This document shows positions 20,037-28,608 of a stretch of DNA of 64,000 nt, one piece after another. The notes beneath the pieces were generated by a model. That model did no database searches. It was not told where the DNA came from and worked only from the letters and a program-made list of their open reading frames with translations. Each line of letters opens with the position of its first letter. Position 1 is the first letter of the stretch. This stretch comes from a virus: IMG/VR virus record IMGVR_UViG_3300023502_000001, positions 35,960-99,959 of that record; one strand, given 5' to 3'. A program made the translations under genes and the position numbers.

Positions 20037-20711
20037 CTACTGCACAATCAAGCTATAAGCTTCTTGCAACAGTTTAATAGTTGGAACCATACGGTTATCA
20101 ACAACTATTATTTTATAAATGTTCAGAATTTCTTTGTAGGTTAAAGATGTACAAGTTAGAAATATCTGCACATCTTCGTTTACAGAACCATTTGACAATC
20201 CCAAATCTACTTTAATCATACTGGGTAATGTTCCAATCTGAGAAATATCCCAAGTAGATTTAGTTCTCCTGAAAACTTCCCGCTGTTTGGAGGTAAGTTG
20301 CTTTTCTTTCAATCTAGACTCGATAATAGTACCATCGAACGTTAACGAACCTCCATCGGTATTACTATTATTTAATGCTAGCTGAATCTTCTGAACTGCA
20401 GAGTCTTTAGGTTTTGGCTTAAGTTGTACTCCTTCCTTCAAGCCCTTAATAATCTGCAATGAAGGAATAAAGTCTTTTATTTGAGTTGCATTCCATACAA
20501 GAAATTTTCCAGGACTATCCTTAACAGTAACTATATACTTAGTCCCTCCGTTCAATGGAATAATCACTTGTAAGTCTGCATCACTCATTTTACTTAAATG
20601 GTCTGATACTCTAACTTTGACGTTTCCAATGACAAAGTAGCGAGAAACAGTTGTTTCCGCTTCGATAATCTCAGTAGCAGTTGCTACTAAATACTTTTCT
20701 AATCTAGTCAT
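20037..20711 (-). CDS. hypothetical protein
   Basis: 224-aa ORF. Confidence 0.6.
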   Translation of the reverse strand: MTRLEKYLVATATEIIEAETTVSRYFVIGNVKVRVSDHLSKMSDADLQVIIPLNGGTKYIVTVKDSPGKFLVWNATQIKDFIPSLQIIKGLKEGVQLKPKPKDSAVQKIQLALNNSNTDGGSLTFDGTIIESRLKEKQLTSKQREVFRRTKSTWDISQIGTLPSMIKVDLGLSNGSVNEDVQIFLTCTSLTYKEILNIYKIIVVDNRMVPTIKLLQEAYSLIVQ

Positions 20712-20739
20712 AAAAATTAATCTGATTTAATGGTTAAGA

Positions 20740-20811
20740 TCCCCCACTCGGATTCGAACCGAGGTCTCGAGATTACAAATCACGTGTTCTAACCAACTAA
20801 ACTACAGGGGA
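20740..20811 (-). tRNA. tRNA-Thr(TGT) (one mismatch in anticodon stem)
   Basis: acceptor TCCCCTG/TGGGGGA, loop TTTGTAA, T-loop GGTTCGAATCC. Confidence 0.5.
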
Positions 20812-20855
20812 ATAAATGCCGAGACTGGGGGATTCGAACCCCAACCTTCACAGTG

Positions 20856-20927
20856 CCGAGAGTACCAGACTCGAACTGGTGACCTTCGCATAGACAGTGC
20901 ACTATTCTACCACTGAACTAACCCTCG
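20856..20927 (-). tRNA. tRNA-like, reads as Asp(GTC) with imperfect anticodon stem; followed by a 3'-half tRNA remnant at 20822-20855
   Basis: acceptor CGAGGGT/ACTCTCG, D-arm GTTC..GAAT, loop CTGTCTA, T-arm ACCAGTTCGAGTCTGGT; downstream second T-arm TGGGGTTCGAATCCCCA without a 5' half. Confidence 0.4.
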
Positions 20928-20938
20928 GTGTAACTGGA

Positions 20939-21490
20939 TTACTCCAGACTAATTAAACCCTTCTCTAACATAATATGGTGATTCGGACATAACCATACTA
21001 AATTATTCTCGTTGTTAATCTCCTTAATAAGAGTGTCTTCGTCAAATTCTAATATTCCTTTAAGATGATGTACTTCAAGTATTGCATCAAATTCATGATT
21101 ATGACAATATTGACATACTTTCTCACGTTCGGAACTTTCTAATACTCTACGAGCATTAGTCCTTATTTCTTGACATTTAGATGATAAGTACTTCTGCCCA
21201 GATGTATAATAACCTAATGTTTTGTTACCAATTCCATTAAGTTCTTCCCAGCAACTACGACACATTTCTGAATCTTTATGCTTAGGTTTACCACATCTAG
21301 GACATATCTTGTTTTCATCGTGCTTTATCCTACCTCTATTATTGTAAGAAGCAGCACACGAATGACTACAAAACTGTTTCTTCCTCACATCTGCGACCCT
21401 CTGATTATCTAGTACTTCGATTACCTTACCACATTCCTTACAGTGGTTAGGATTCTCATAATACAATTTAAGAGATTGTTCTCGATTCAC
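20939..21490 (-). CDS. HNH endonuclease
   Basis: 183 aa; zinc-binding CxxC pairs and HNH motif ...EVHHLKG...NLVWLCPNHH. Confidence 0.7.
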   Translation of the reverse strand: MNREQSLKLYYENPNHCKECGKVIEVLDNQRVADVRKKQFCSHSCAASYNNRGRIKHDENKICPRCGKPKHKDSEMCRSCWEELNGIGNKTLGYYTSGQKYLSSKCQEIRTNARRVLESSEREKVCQYCHNHEFDAILEVHHLKGILEFDEDTLIKEINNENNLVWLCPNHHIMLEKGLISLE

Positions 21491-21627
21491 AGATAAGTTT
21501 AATTAATTTTAATGACAGTGTGATATGCAAGCCATTACACCACAGCCTCGAAAATGCAGGTATTTATCTCGTTACACCTGCGAGTCCGGCAATCCTTTCT
21601 TATATACCGCGTGAGCTGGCGGTTTTG

Positions 21628-21701
21628 TAGGGCTAATCAGACTTGAACTGATAACCTCCACATTATCAGTGTGGTGCTCTAACCAGTTGAGCTATAGCCC
21701 T
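21628..21701 (-). tRNA. tRNA-Ile(GAT)
   Basis: acceptor AGGGCTA/TAGCCCT, D-arm GCTCAACTGGTTAGAGC, anticodon stem CCACA/TGTGG, loop CTGATAA. Confidence 0.65.
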
Positions 21702-21707
21702 ATTATG

Positions 21708-22269
21708 TGGACCTAACGGGAGTCGAACCCGTGTCCAAACAACCCTCGTTACAAGGATAACGTGCGTCTCATTTTTATTATATCAGCTAGGGAGTTCTAG
21801 CATTTAGGTAGTTTTATAAGTCTTACAAGAGTCCATACTAAGTATTTCTCTAGATGCTTATCTACAAGCTACCAAACTATAGGGCTGACCGAAGTCAACG
21901 TTCCACCACTCCATTTACGTTGGAGAACGGGATGATACTTTAGAGATTCGTCACATCTCACGGAACACATCTTCCATCTGTTTTATGACATAGGAGATTC
22001 AGTCTTACTAACTCTTAGAGTGTTCTGATTAAGAGCATATTACTAGGATTAGAGCCTAGCTCTCCATTATATCAATATACTCAACCTCTTCTGTTTCTAG
22101 GTCTCTCCCGTAACCCGACTTAGTTAATAGTGTCTACCAACAAGCCAGCAGCTTAGGCTGCCATTCTTACTTCGCTATAAGCAGCATTTATTGTTTTTTC
22201 TTCGTTTAAAGAGATTGCGCTCTACACGTCCTTATAATTTGTAATCGCCTGTCAAATCCAAGTAGGCCC
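21708..22269 (-). ncRNA. ssrA: tmRNA (ssrA)-like
   Basis: 3' end GGACACGGGTTCGACTCCCGTTAGGTCCA closely parallels the E. coli tmRNA 3' end; 5' end GGGCCTACTTGGATTTGACAGGCG parallels GGGGCUGAUUCUGGAUUCGACGGG; acceptor GGGCCUA/UAGGUCC pairs with a G3-U70 (Ala identity); a possible tag ORF ends ...MAA-TAA. About 560 nt, longer than typical. Confidence 0.6.
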
Positions 22270-22309
22270 ATACCCAGTTTATCTTTAATTAGAAAACTGG
22301 AAAAAGAAA

Positions 22310-22561
22310 TTATAACATTATAGTTGTACCCTCAGGTAGTGTCCGTAACTTAGTATTAGTATAGTCTCTAGCACCCTTACTAAATATCTCAGGATAGTAA
22401 GAACAACTTCCTAATATAAATAGTGCAAGTCCACATCTTTGAATTATATCTCCGTTAGATACTGTTCCATCCTCAAACCATTCTATCACTTCTGCAAATT
22501 CCCCATCCTTTAGGTCTTTAAGTTGGATTATATCAGAGGCCCTATTTACTACTTTTGCCAT
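22310..22561 (-). CDS. hypothetical protein
   Basis: 83-aa ORF. Confidence 0.45.
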   Translation of the reverse strand: MAKVVNRASDIIQLKDLKDGEFAEVIEWFEDGTVSNGDIIQRCGLALFILGSCSYYPEIFSKGARDYTNTKLRTLPEGTTIML

Positions 22562-23123
22562 AAATACATTGTTTGATTATGTCTTTAGTAATTATTCCAC
22601 TATCACGAGTAAGAGAATCTAGTTTCTCTATATCAAACTCGTCTTTATGAAATTTGAATTGAATCCACGTTGGTTCACTTGGTCTGAAATCTAGATAAGT
22701 CTTACACTTGTCAGTTCCTAACACTTCATGCACCATAGCTAGAATACGCTCACCAGCAGCTTTGGTCTTTACAAAGCCAGAAACATCTGGATAGCCAGGA
22801 CCACGAGAGTTCCAATATTCTCCTTCTTCTGGACGTTCGTCAACTGGTTCCCAATTCCATGCAGGAATACCTTTTCTAGGATGTTCAATTCTGATTGCGC
22901 TTTCCATAACCCATTTAGATTTCGGGTCTGAGGGATTTTCTGGATGGCAGCCATATTTGACTATTCCCATTGGATTTTCGCTTCTAACTTCAAATTTTAA
23001 CTTGCAATGTCTACAAGTTCCAGATGTTAGACCTCCTCCAGAAACTCCACTACTTATAACAGAATCGCACCCACAATTAGGACAACCCCACAGCTCATAT
23101 TCGCTATATAATACTGATAACAT
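22542..23123 (-). CDS. hypothetical protein with N-terminal zinc-ribbon
   Basis: 193 aa; CPNCGC...CRHC. Confidence 0.55.
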   Translation of the reverse strand: MLSVLYSEYELWGCPNCGCDSVISSGVSGGGLTSGTCRHCKLKFEVRSENPMGIVKYGCHPENPSDPKSKWVMESAIRIEHPRKGIPAWNWEPVDERPEEGEYWNSRGPGYPDVSGFVKTKAAGERILAMVHEVLGTDKCKTYLDFRPSEPTWIQFKFHKDEFDIEKLDSLTRDSGIITKDIIKQCIYGKSSK

Positions 23124-23419
23124 TAGTTATTCAATTTAAATTCTACTTCTCTTAAAACAACATACGACTTGCCATCTTCTCCTTCTTGAACACATCCGTT
23201 AGCCTGCAAGAAGCTAATAATGAACTCCATAGGGATATGATAACTATCTGTAACAAGCATACCGTTACTTATATGGTAACGTTCTTTTCTTTCTAATCTA
23301 GTGGGATTACCGTTTAGAGTAATCTCACCAGAATATTCATTCTCTTTATCAGGTTTAATTCCCTTTATGTAAATAGAACTGCCTGATTCAGCTAAGTAGA
23401 CCTGTTGTATTACGCTCAT
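23123..23419 (-). CDS. hypothetical protein
   Basis: 98-aa ORF. Confidence 0.5.
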   Translation of the reverse strand: MSVIQQVYLAESGSSIYIKGIKPDKENEYSGEITLNGNPTRLERKERYHISNGMLVTDSYHIPMEFIISFLQANGCVQEGEDGKSYVVLREVEFKLNN

Positions 23420-23841
23420 AGTTCTGGAACATCTGAACGGTCATCATAATAGCCTTCATCCCCAACGAGCTGAGCCAAGCATCCGTGCATATACGGAACT
23501 AATTCCGGTCTTTCTCGATAAGTTCGGAATAAAAGCCAACTCATGCTCATAGAGTTTCCAGTATGTCCGTTATCAAAGAACTGAAGTTTGTCCTTAATAG
23601 CATCAACTAAGTCGTATAAGCTCTCATATTGCTTCAAGAAGTCTTGATACTGTTCATCACCGAAATCTTGGAAAAATTCCGAGAATGAAAGAGCTTGCTT
23701 TATACATAACATTTCATACTCAAACAAGTCATCCTCTTCGAAGGAATGGTCGGTTGCAGCTGAGAATAGACGATTAAATCGTTCGATTCTGTTTTGAAAC
23801 TCTACAGGGAGAGTTTCTTTGGTAAGATTTTCGTAATTCAT
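23416..23841 (-). CDS. hypothetical protein
   Basis: 141-aa ORF. Confidence 0.55.
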   Translation of the reverse strand: MNYENLTKETLPVEFQNRIERFNRLFSAATDHSFEEDDLFEYEMLCIKQALSFSEFFQDFGDEQYQDFLKQYESLYDLVDAIKDKLQFFDNGHTGNSMSMSWLLFRTYRERPELVPYMHGCLAQLVGDEGYYDDRSDVPEL

Positions 23842-23864
23842 AATCTAAAAATTAAGTATCTAAT

Positions 23865-23937
23865 TAATTACTAGTAGCGGGAGAGGGACTCGAACCCTCG
23901 ACCTTCAGGTTATGAGCCTGACTAGCTACCTCTGCTA
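23865..23937 (-). tRNA. tRNA-Met(CAT), initiator-like
   Basis: 5' CGCGGGG as in bacterial tRNA-fMet, 1-72 mismatch (C1/U72), anticodon stem TCAGG/CCTGA, loop CTCATAA. Confidence 0.6.
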
Positions 23938-23950
23938 ACACCCCGCGATA

Positions 23951-24136
23951 TTACAAATGCTTTTTAAATATTTCACAATGATTGTATTCACCTCCCCAAC
24001 GTATGGGATATTCTTCTTCCTTGGCTTTCTTATAGCCTTCGGCTTCCTTTTTATCCAGAAATATCTGACACTCAGTTTTATAGTTCTGAGGCGCATTAGC
24101 TGGATGATGGTTCACTACGACTACGTATACTTTCAT
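23951..24136 (-). CDS. hypothetical protein
   Basis: 61-aa ORF between tRNAs. Confidence 0.4.
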   Translation of the reverse strand: MKVYVVVVNHHPANAPQNYKTECQIFLDKKEAEGYKKAKEEEYPIRWGGEYNHCEIFKKHL

Positions 24137-24154
24137 AATTATTTAATTTTGTTG

Positions 24155-24227
24155 TGGACACGCAGGGACTCGAACCCTATCTTCCGGTGTGCAAAACCAG
24201 CGCTCTAGCCATTTGAGCTAACGGCCC
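24155..24227 (-). tRNA. tRNA-Ala(TGC)-like (weak acceptor stem but G3-U70 present)
   Basis: D-arm GCTCAAATGGCTAGAGC, anticodon stem CTGGT/ACCGG, loop TTTGCAC; acceptor GGGCCGT vs CGTGTCC pairs only 4/7. Confidence 0.45.
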
Positions 24228-24491
24228 ATGTTTGAGATTTTCTTTTTAATTGGTGACATAACTCATAAATTTCCACTGTTAGGATTCCATAACCTAACAT
24301 CACCAGATAAGTCTTTAATTAGTTATATTCTGGATACATAAGTTTGTAACTATATATCTTTTAACGGCAACCATCCGTTTAACAATTCTCAAGTTCAGCT
24401 TGCCTATTATAACTACGCAGGGACTGGCTTCGACTTATTAGCATAAATGCTAACAGACCCCGACTGGATTTTTACCTTGCCAGGTTAGTAT

Positions 24492-24689
24492 TTACTTAAT
24501 AATTACTTTCTTAGCGCTTTCTCTAGCTTTAGCTTGCCTAATCTTATAGTCTCTAACTACTTCCTTCATATGGGTATTAAATTCTTTCATATCCTCCCAT
24601 GATACAGGATTAGATAGTTTAGGCTTAGTAAATATGCTATAACTTTCTAGGCTTTTCATTTTCTTCTTTCTGTTTACGAGCCTTCTCAC
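24492..24689 (-). CDS. hypothetical basic protein
   Basis: 65-aa ORF. Confidence 0.4.
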   Translation of the reverse strand: MRRLVNRKKKMKSLESYSIFTKPKLSNPVSWEDMKEFNTHMKEVVRDYKIRQAKARESAKKVIIK

Positions 24690-24926
24690 ACGCTTTCCGT
24701 CTCATTACGTATGGACAATCACAGCACCCACTGGCAGGATTATACCAACAACAATAATCACATTGATGCATATCTAACAGCAAATTGTTTATTTCTCTTT
24801 GTTAATACTTTAATCGCTTCCCATATGTCTTTAATATCATTTGGAATTTTACCTTTCTTGTCCATCATATTCCTCTTTCTGCACTCTCTAGACACTTCCC
24901 TAAGAACTCGTCTTTTGATAGTGGAG

Positions 24927-25292
24927 TTAACCTTCCTTATTTTCATACAAATCTAATTTTTCAAATCTAACAAAATGTCCACCGCCTTGTTGAGGCGGAA
25001 GTATCAAGTTTGGGAAGCGACTACTCCATAGTGCTAATCCAAGAGGAGACGTGCTTGTGAAAAACTCTCCAAGTTCCGATATAGGTTTTTTCAGTTCTCT
25101 AAGTTTTTCCGAAATTTCCTTATACCTTTTACTCTTTTTATTAATCCCACTTCGCTGTGCCTCTAACTCAGCTATATTATCTAATATAGGTTTGACAATA
25201 GACTTGTAGTCTTCCTGAGTTATTAACAGCTTAACTTGACTTATACCATTTGCATAAGTAAGTTTAAACTTTCCAATAGGTTGTACTATCAT
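24927..25292 (-). CDS. hypothetical protein
   Basis: 121-aa ORF. Confidence 0.5.
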   Translation of the reverse strand: MIVQPIGKFKLTYANGISQVKLLITQEDYKSIVKPILDNIAELEAQRSGINKKSKRYKEISEKLRELKKPISELGEFFTSTSPLGLALWSSRFPNLILPPQQGGGHFVRFEKLDLYENKEG

Positions 25293-25452
25293 ATCTAATT
25301 AATTAAAAGTTGGTGGATGCTAGCCGTTTCTATTCCACCATTGCGTACTACAGTGCTAGCTACCGTCTAGACGACTCTCTTCCTCACATCGGTCTAGAGT
25401 TTGCTGGATTACTATTGCTTAGTTAAAAACTAAGGAGGGTTCAGCAAAAAGG

Positions 25453-25536
25453 CGTATGGTGCAGGATTCGAACCTGCGATGGGATTTCTCACGACGGGTT
25501 AACAGCCCGCTGCCGTCGGCCACTTGGCTAACCATA
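25453..25536 (-). tRNA. class-II-like tRNA with anomalous anticodon loop (reads GTT)
   Basis: acceptor GTATGGT/ACCATAC, discriminator G, anticodon stem GCGGG/CCCGT, loop CTGTTAA, 16-nt variable arm, T-arm GCAGGTTCGAATCCTGC; a class II tRNA with anticodon GTT is not canonical. Confidence 0.4.
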
Positions 25537-25780
25537 CATATTATTTCCTCCCAGACATCTGTAAGTACCCCATTGGTACTTACCTTTTAATGATATTTTT
25601 ACTCTTGTCCTCTGTATGGAGGAGGTATTGTTCCAGACACTAACCAAGTGTAGTTCTTAGAACTCTGTTCAAAATACCATTTAGCAGCTTTCTTTACAAC
25701 ATTAATTACTTTCTTCATAACATTAAAGTTTAAAATTGTTAATAATTAATCTAATAACAGAGCCACAAAAGGAGTTTAGT

Positions 25781-26529
25781 TGCGGAGGTAGGATTATTTC
25801 CAAATAAATTTATATGCAGTTTTCAATTTCCCTTTTACACATAAACTAATCTTCTAGCGAACACCTCCATTATAAGTTTTAGCATAGCCATTGTCTACTA
25901 ACCAGTGTGCAGCATCGGCTATACTGTTCCAAGTCCTGATAAAGTTATTATTTAAATCATACTGAGATATTGATACAGGTTGCTTGCAACTTCCCAAATA
26001 AAATTTGTTCTTTGGTATATTGTTTATATTTATTACTTTAGAAACTGTATCAACAGAACATTGCATTTTGGCGGAAACTTCAATCATTGTCATTCCGCTA
26101 GTATATAAAGATATTATTTCTTTATAATCGAATAAGATAGCTCCATCGCCTCCCATAGTAGCATTATAGCCATTTGAGTATGTGTCTAGCTTATCTATAA
26201 ATTGAATTTCATAAGAAGCTAATTCCTCATCATCACATTCATACAGCTACTCAACTATGAAATTCTCAACCCCGTACTTATTCATAGCATCATATAGCGG
26301 CCTCTTTTCACATCTTTCCTTCTTGCAATCATTACAATGTTCTTTAAATCTCTTAGTTACAGAATAAGTAGTTTTTCCAACATACTATTTTCCATTAATT
26401 AAATTTGTAATACAATAAATATATCCCATGTTCTATTCTTATTTAAAATTAAACATATTAGTAAGATTAGCGTTATCCAACTCACACCACGTGGAGGTTC
26501 TTACTTGCGAGTCTTGCGGAGGTAGGATT
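25781..26529 (-). mobile_element. GIY-YIG homing-endonuclease cassette flanked by 16-nt direct repeats (ttgcggaggtaggatt) matching the 3' end of the adjacent tRNA
   Basis: direct repeats at 25781-25796 and 26514-26529; shares cacaccacgtggaggtt with the cassette at 13.0-13.75 kb. Confidence 0.5.
25854..26429 (-). CDS. GIY-YIG homing endonuclease (TAG-recoded)
   Basis: track ORF 25854..26156 extends upstream through 2 in-frame TAGs to MGYIYCITNLINGKQYVGKT...KRFKEH...NKYG (GIY-YIG motifs); about 191 aa. Confidence 0.7.
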
Positions 26530-26593
26530 CGAACCGTTTATGACGATTTCTAGGTTATGAGCCTAGCGAGATGACCAACTTCTCTACTCCACT
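26514..26593 (-). tRNA. tRNA-Met/Ile2(CAT)-like, imperfect
   Basis: acceptor AGTGGAG/CTCCGCA (1-72 A/A mismatch), D-stem GAGA/TCTC, anticodon stem CTAGG/CCTAG, loop CTCATAA, weak T-stem. Confidence 0.4.
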
Positions 26594-26599
26594 ATATTG

Positions 26600-26673
26600 A
26601 CTCGGTGGTCAGATTCGAACTGACGAACTAAGGATTTGCAGTCCTAGCCATTAAACCACTCTGGTACACCGAG
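26600..26673 (-). tRNA. tRNA-Cys(GCA)
   Basis: acceptor CTCGGTG/CACCGAG, loop CTGCAAA, T-arm GTCAGTTCGAATCTGAC. Confidence 0.5.
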
Positions 26674-26677
26674 ATTG

Positions 26678-26758
26678 TTCCGATTAAAGGATTTGAACCC
26701 CTGACCTCCCGCTGATGTTTTGGATGCGGACGCTCTAACCAGACTGAGCTAAATCGGA
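26678..26758 (-). tRNA. tRNA-Trp(CCA)-like with expanded 13-nt anticodon loop
   Basis: good acceptor TCCGATT/AATCGGA, D-arm TAGCTCAGTCTGGTTAGAGC and T-arm, but anticodon stem TCCGC/GCGGG encloses ATCCAAAACATCA. Confidence 0.35.
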
Positions 26759-26764
26759 ATATTG

Positions 26765-26836
26765 AGTAGGTAATGAGAATCGAACTCACATCATCGGCAT
26801 GGCAAGCCGATGCACTAACCGTTGTGCTATACCTAC
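26765..26836 (-). tRNA. tRNA-Gly(GCC)
   Basis: acceptor GTAGGTA/TACCTAC, D GCAC/GTGC, anticodon stem TCGGC/GCCGA, loop TTGCCAT. Confidence 0.65.
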
Positions 26837-26841
26837 AAATG

Positions 26842-26916
26842 TGCAGATAGAGAGACTCGAACTCTCCCCTTCAGATTGGAAGTCTGACGTGCTCAAACCA
26901 TTAACACCACATCTGC
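26842..26916 (-). tRNA. tRNA-Gly(TCC)
   Basis: acceptor GCAGATG/TATCTGC, anticodon stem TCAGA/TCTGA, loop CTTCCAA. Confidence 0.55.
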
Positions 26917-26952
26917 ATTGAGGAGAGTTATGCGATACTCTCCTAAACGCTA

Positions 26953-27297
26953 CTACGAATGTAGTAATTCTTGGGCTTCAATTTCGCCAATTATTTTAGT
27001 AAGTGCGATCTTGAATGGATTTCCCTTGATTTTGTCGAAGAGATTGGCATCGCGTACCTCCTCAACTTTGTCTGGAACATTCAATTTTCTTTTACCGTTG
27101 TCTACGGTTTTCCATGTGATAACTGTGCAACGCTTCACGTCATAAACGCTGTCGTTGCGGTCAACGAACACCTTGAAGAAGTTTCTTTTGTGCTTTACTA
27201 CCTCAACTCTTTTAAAGTTTTTGATAGGTGCGTGCATTTTCAAGTCACATCTTCCATTAGCTAAGAAAATCAATTCTGCCATAATAATACTCTGCAT
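26953..27297 (-). CDS. hypothetical protein
   Basis: 114-aa ORF. Confidence 0.5.
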   Translation of the reverse strand: MQSIIMAELIFLANGRCDLKMHAPIKNFKRVEVVKHKRNFFKVFVDRNDSVYDVKRCTVITWKTVDNGKRKLNVPDKVEEVRDANLFDKIKGNPFKIALTKIIGEIEAQELLHS

Positions 27298-27419
27298 AGT
27301 CAGAGATTCAAAGTTAAACTATGTTAATTCCAGTCTTTCGTCTGGCACTCCACCTCGTTTTAACCAATAGCTACTGTCCTTCACTATCTGAGCTAAGCTC
27401 TAAACTGGGATAAAGGTAT

Positions 27420-27806
27420 TTATTCTATAAATATAAAAGAAGTTCCGTATCTGTCCAAGAATGATTCCAGATATTCAGTCATTTCATTGTTAGTTTCGAA
27501 ATACAGAACCTCATCACATTCATCGCTTAATTCAAAAACTATGTGAGGTTTAGTATATACTACCCCATTTTTAAAGAAGTCCTTCTTGGGGTCTAATTCT
27601 GCGATCATTTCTTCTTCAGAAAAACACTCTCCAAGATACAGACAATTGTACCAGTAGTCGTGGTGCCTCTTCCAGAAAAAGAAAACAGAGGAATCATACA
27701 CATAGTGTTCCCAATACCTATTAGTTCTAGTTTTATAAGCTAAAACTCTCCTAACCAAATTTCCATTAATATACGTATCCATAATTAATCCCAATATTCT
27801 GGACAA
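27420..27806 (-). CDS. hypothetical protein
   Basis: 128-aa ORF. Confidence 0.55.
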   Translation of the reverse strand: MSRILGLIMDTYINGNLVRRVLAYKTRTNRYWEHYVYDSSVFFFWKRHHDYWYNCLYLGECFSEEEMIAELDPKKDFFKNGVVYTKPHIVFELSDECDEVLYFETNNEMTEYLESFLDRYGTSFIFIE

Positions 27807-28258
27807 TTATCCACTGTTAATAATCCTTTTTCGCATAGACCTCCGTCATAAAATATACATGACGAGCAAGAAAGATTATCTCTGGATTCATATTCCTGAA
27901 TACCCTCCTGAATATCTTTCTTAGCTTTGTATCTATCTTTTCTATTCTCTTTCTTGTATTCGTATTGCATCATTTTACTTCTATAAGGAGAAGTACAATT
28001 TTTTAGCATTTTAGCATACTTAGAACCATCTAGAAAATCTGTAATTGATTCGCAAACTCTCAATGCTTTATTCCTAAAAATAGGAACATTGTATTTTACA
28101 GTAGCTTTAATTCCATTAACAGGAATATAGAACCTTCCGCAAGAATCATAGACCTTTTTAGCCCTAGAAATCCACTTTCTTTTAGAAAGTTCTCTTCTTA
28201 ATTCTCTATCCATAAGCAATAAGATTAGTGTAGAATCTAGAGTGGGATTCGAACCCAC
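27785..28258 (-). CDS. hypothetical protein
   Basis: 157-aa ORF. Confidence 0.55.
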   Translation of the reverse strand: MGSNPTLDSTLILLLMDRELRRELSKRKWISRAKKVYDSCGRFYIPVNGIKATVKYNVPIFRNKALRVCESITDFLDGSKYAKMLKNCTSPYRSKMMQYEYKKENRKDRYKAKKDIQEGIQEYESRDNLSCSSCIFYDGGLCEKGLLTVDNCPEYWD

Positions 28259-28298
28259 GAAACACGGTTTTGCAGACCGTTCCCTTAGACCGCTCGGG
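28225..28298 (-). tRNA. tRNA-Cys(GCA)-like, second copy with 3-bp D-stem
   Basis: acceptor GTCTAGA/TCTAGAT, anticodon stem ACGGT/ACCGT, loop CTGCAAA, T-arm GTGGGTTCGAATCCCAC. Confidence 0.45.
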
Positions 28299-28343
28299 CA
28301 TCTAGACGTGATGGGAGACTAGCTTCTAATTCTTCCCGTGTCA

Positions 28344-28502
28344 TTAGTACGAATCCTCTGAATTTTTAATTAGGTTGCGAGCTTTGTCCATTCCGGACTC
28401 GTAGGCCTCCACAACATACTGTATAGCAGTTTTTGAATCAACTTGATTCATGGAATTGCTATTTTCTACCAATTCTTGAACAATTTCACTTAATTCTCTC
28501 AT
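28344..28502 (-). CDS. small hypothetical protein
   Basis: track ORF 28344..28589 trimmed to internal Met (MRELSEIV...) because its N-terminal 29 codons overlap tRNA-Leu(TAG). Confidence 0.4.
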   Translation of the reverse strand: MRELSEIVQELVENSNSMNQVDSKTAIQYVVEAYESGMDKARNLIKNSEDSY

Positions 28503-28522
28503 ATTTTTAGTAAATAAAAGTG

Positions 28523-28603
28523 TAGGGTAGGAGAGACTCGAACTCTCACGCCCGAAGGCACTAGATCCTAAGTCTAGCGCGTCTACCATTCCGCCACTAC
28601 CCC
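28523..28603 (-). tRNA. tRNA-Leu(TAG)
   Basis: acceptor GGGGTAG/CTACCCT, anticodon stem CTAGA/TCTAG, loop CTTAGGA, long variable arm TGCCTTCGGGCG. Confidence 0.65.
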
Positions 28604-28608
28604 AACAA

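Noticed and set aside
21708-22269. Possibility that the long tmRNA or the tRNA-like genes with expanded loops contain group I introns
   Set aside because: The extra lengths (about 6 nt in the tRNA, about 150-200 nt in the tmRNA) are too short or unsupported for a group I intron, and I could not identify P1-P9-like elements by eye; left as an open question rather than a call.
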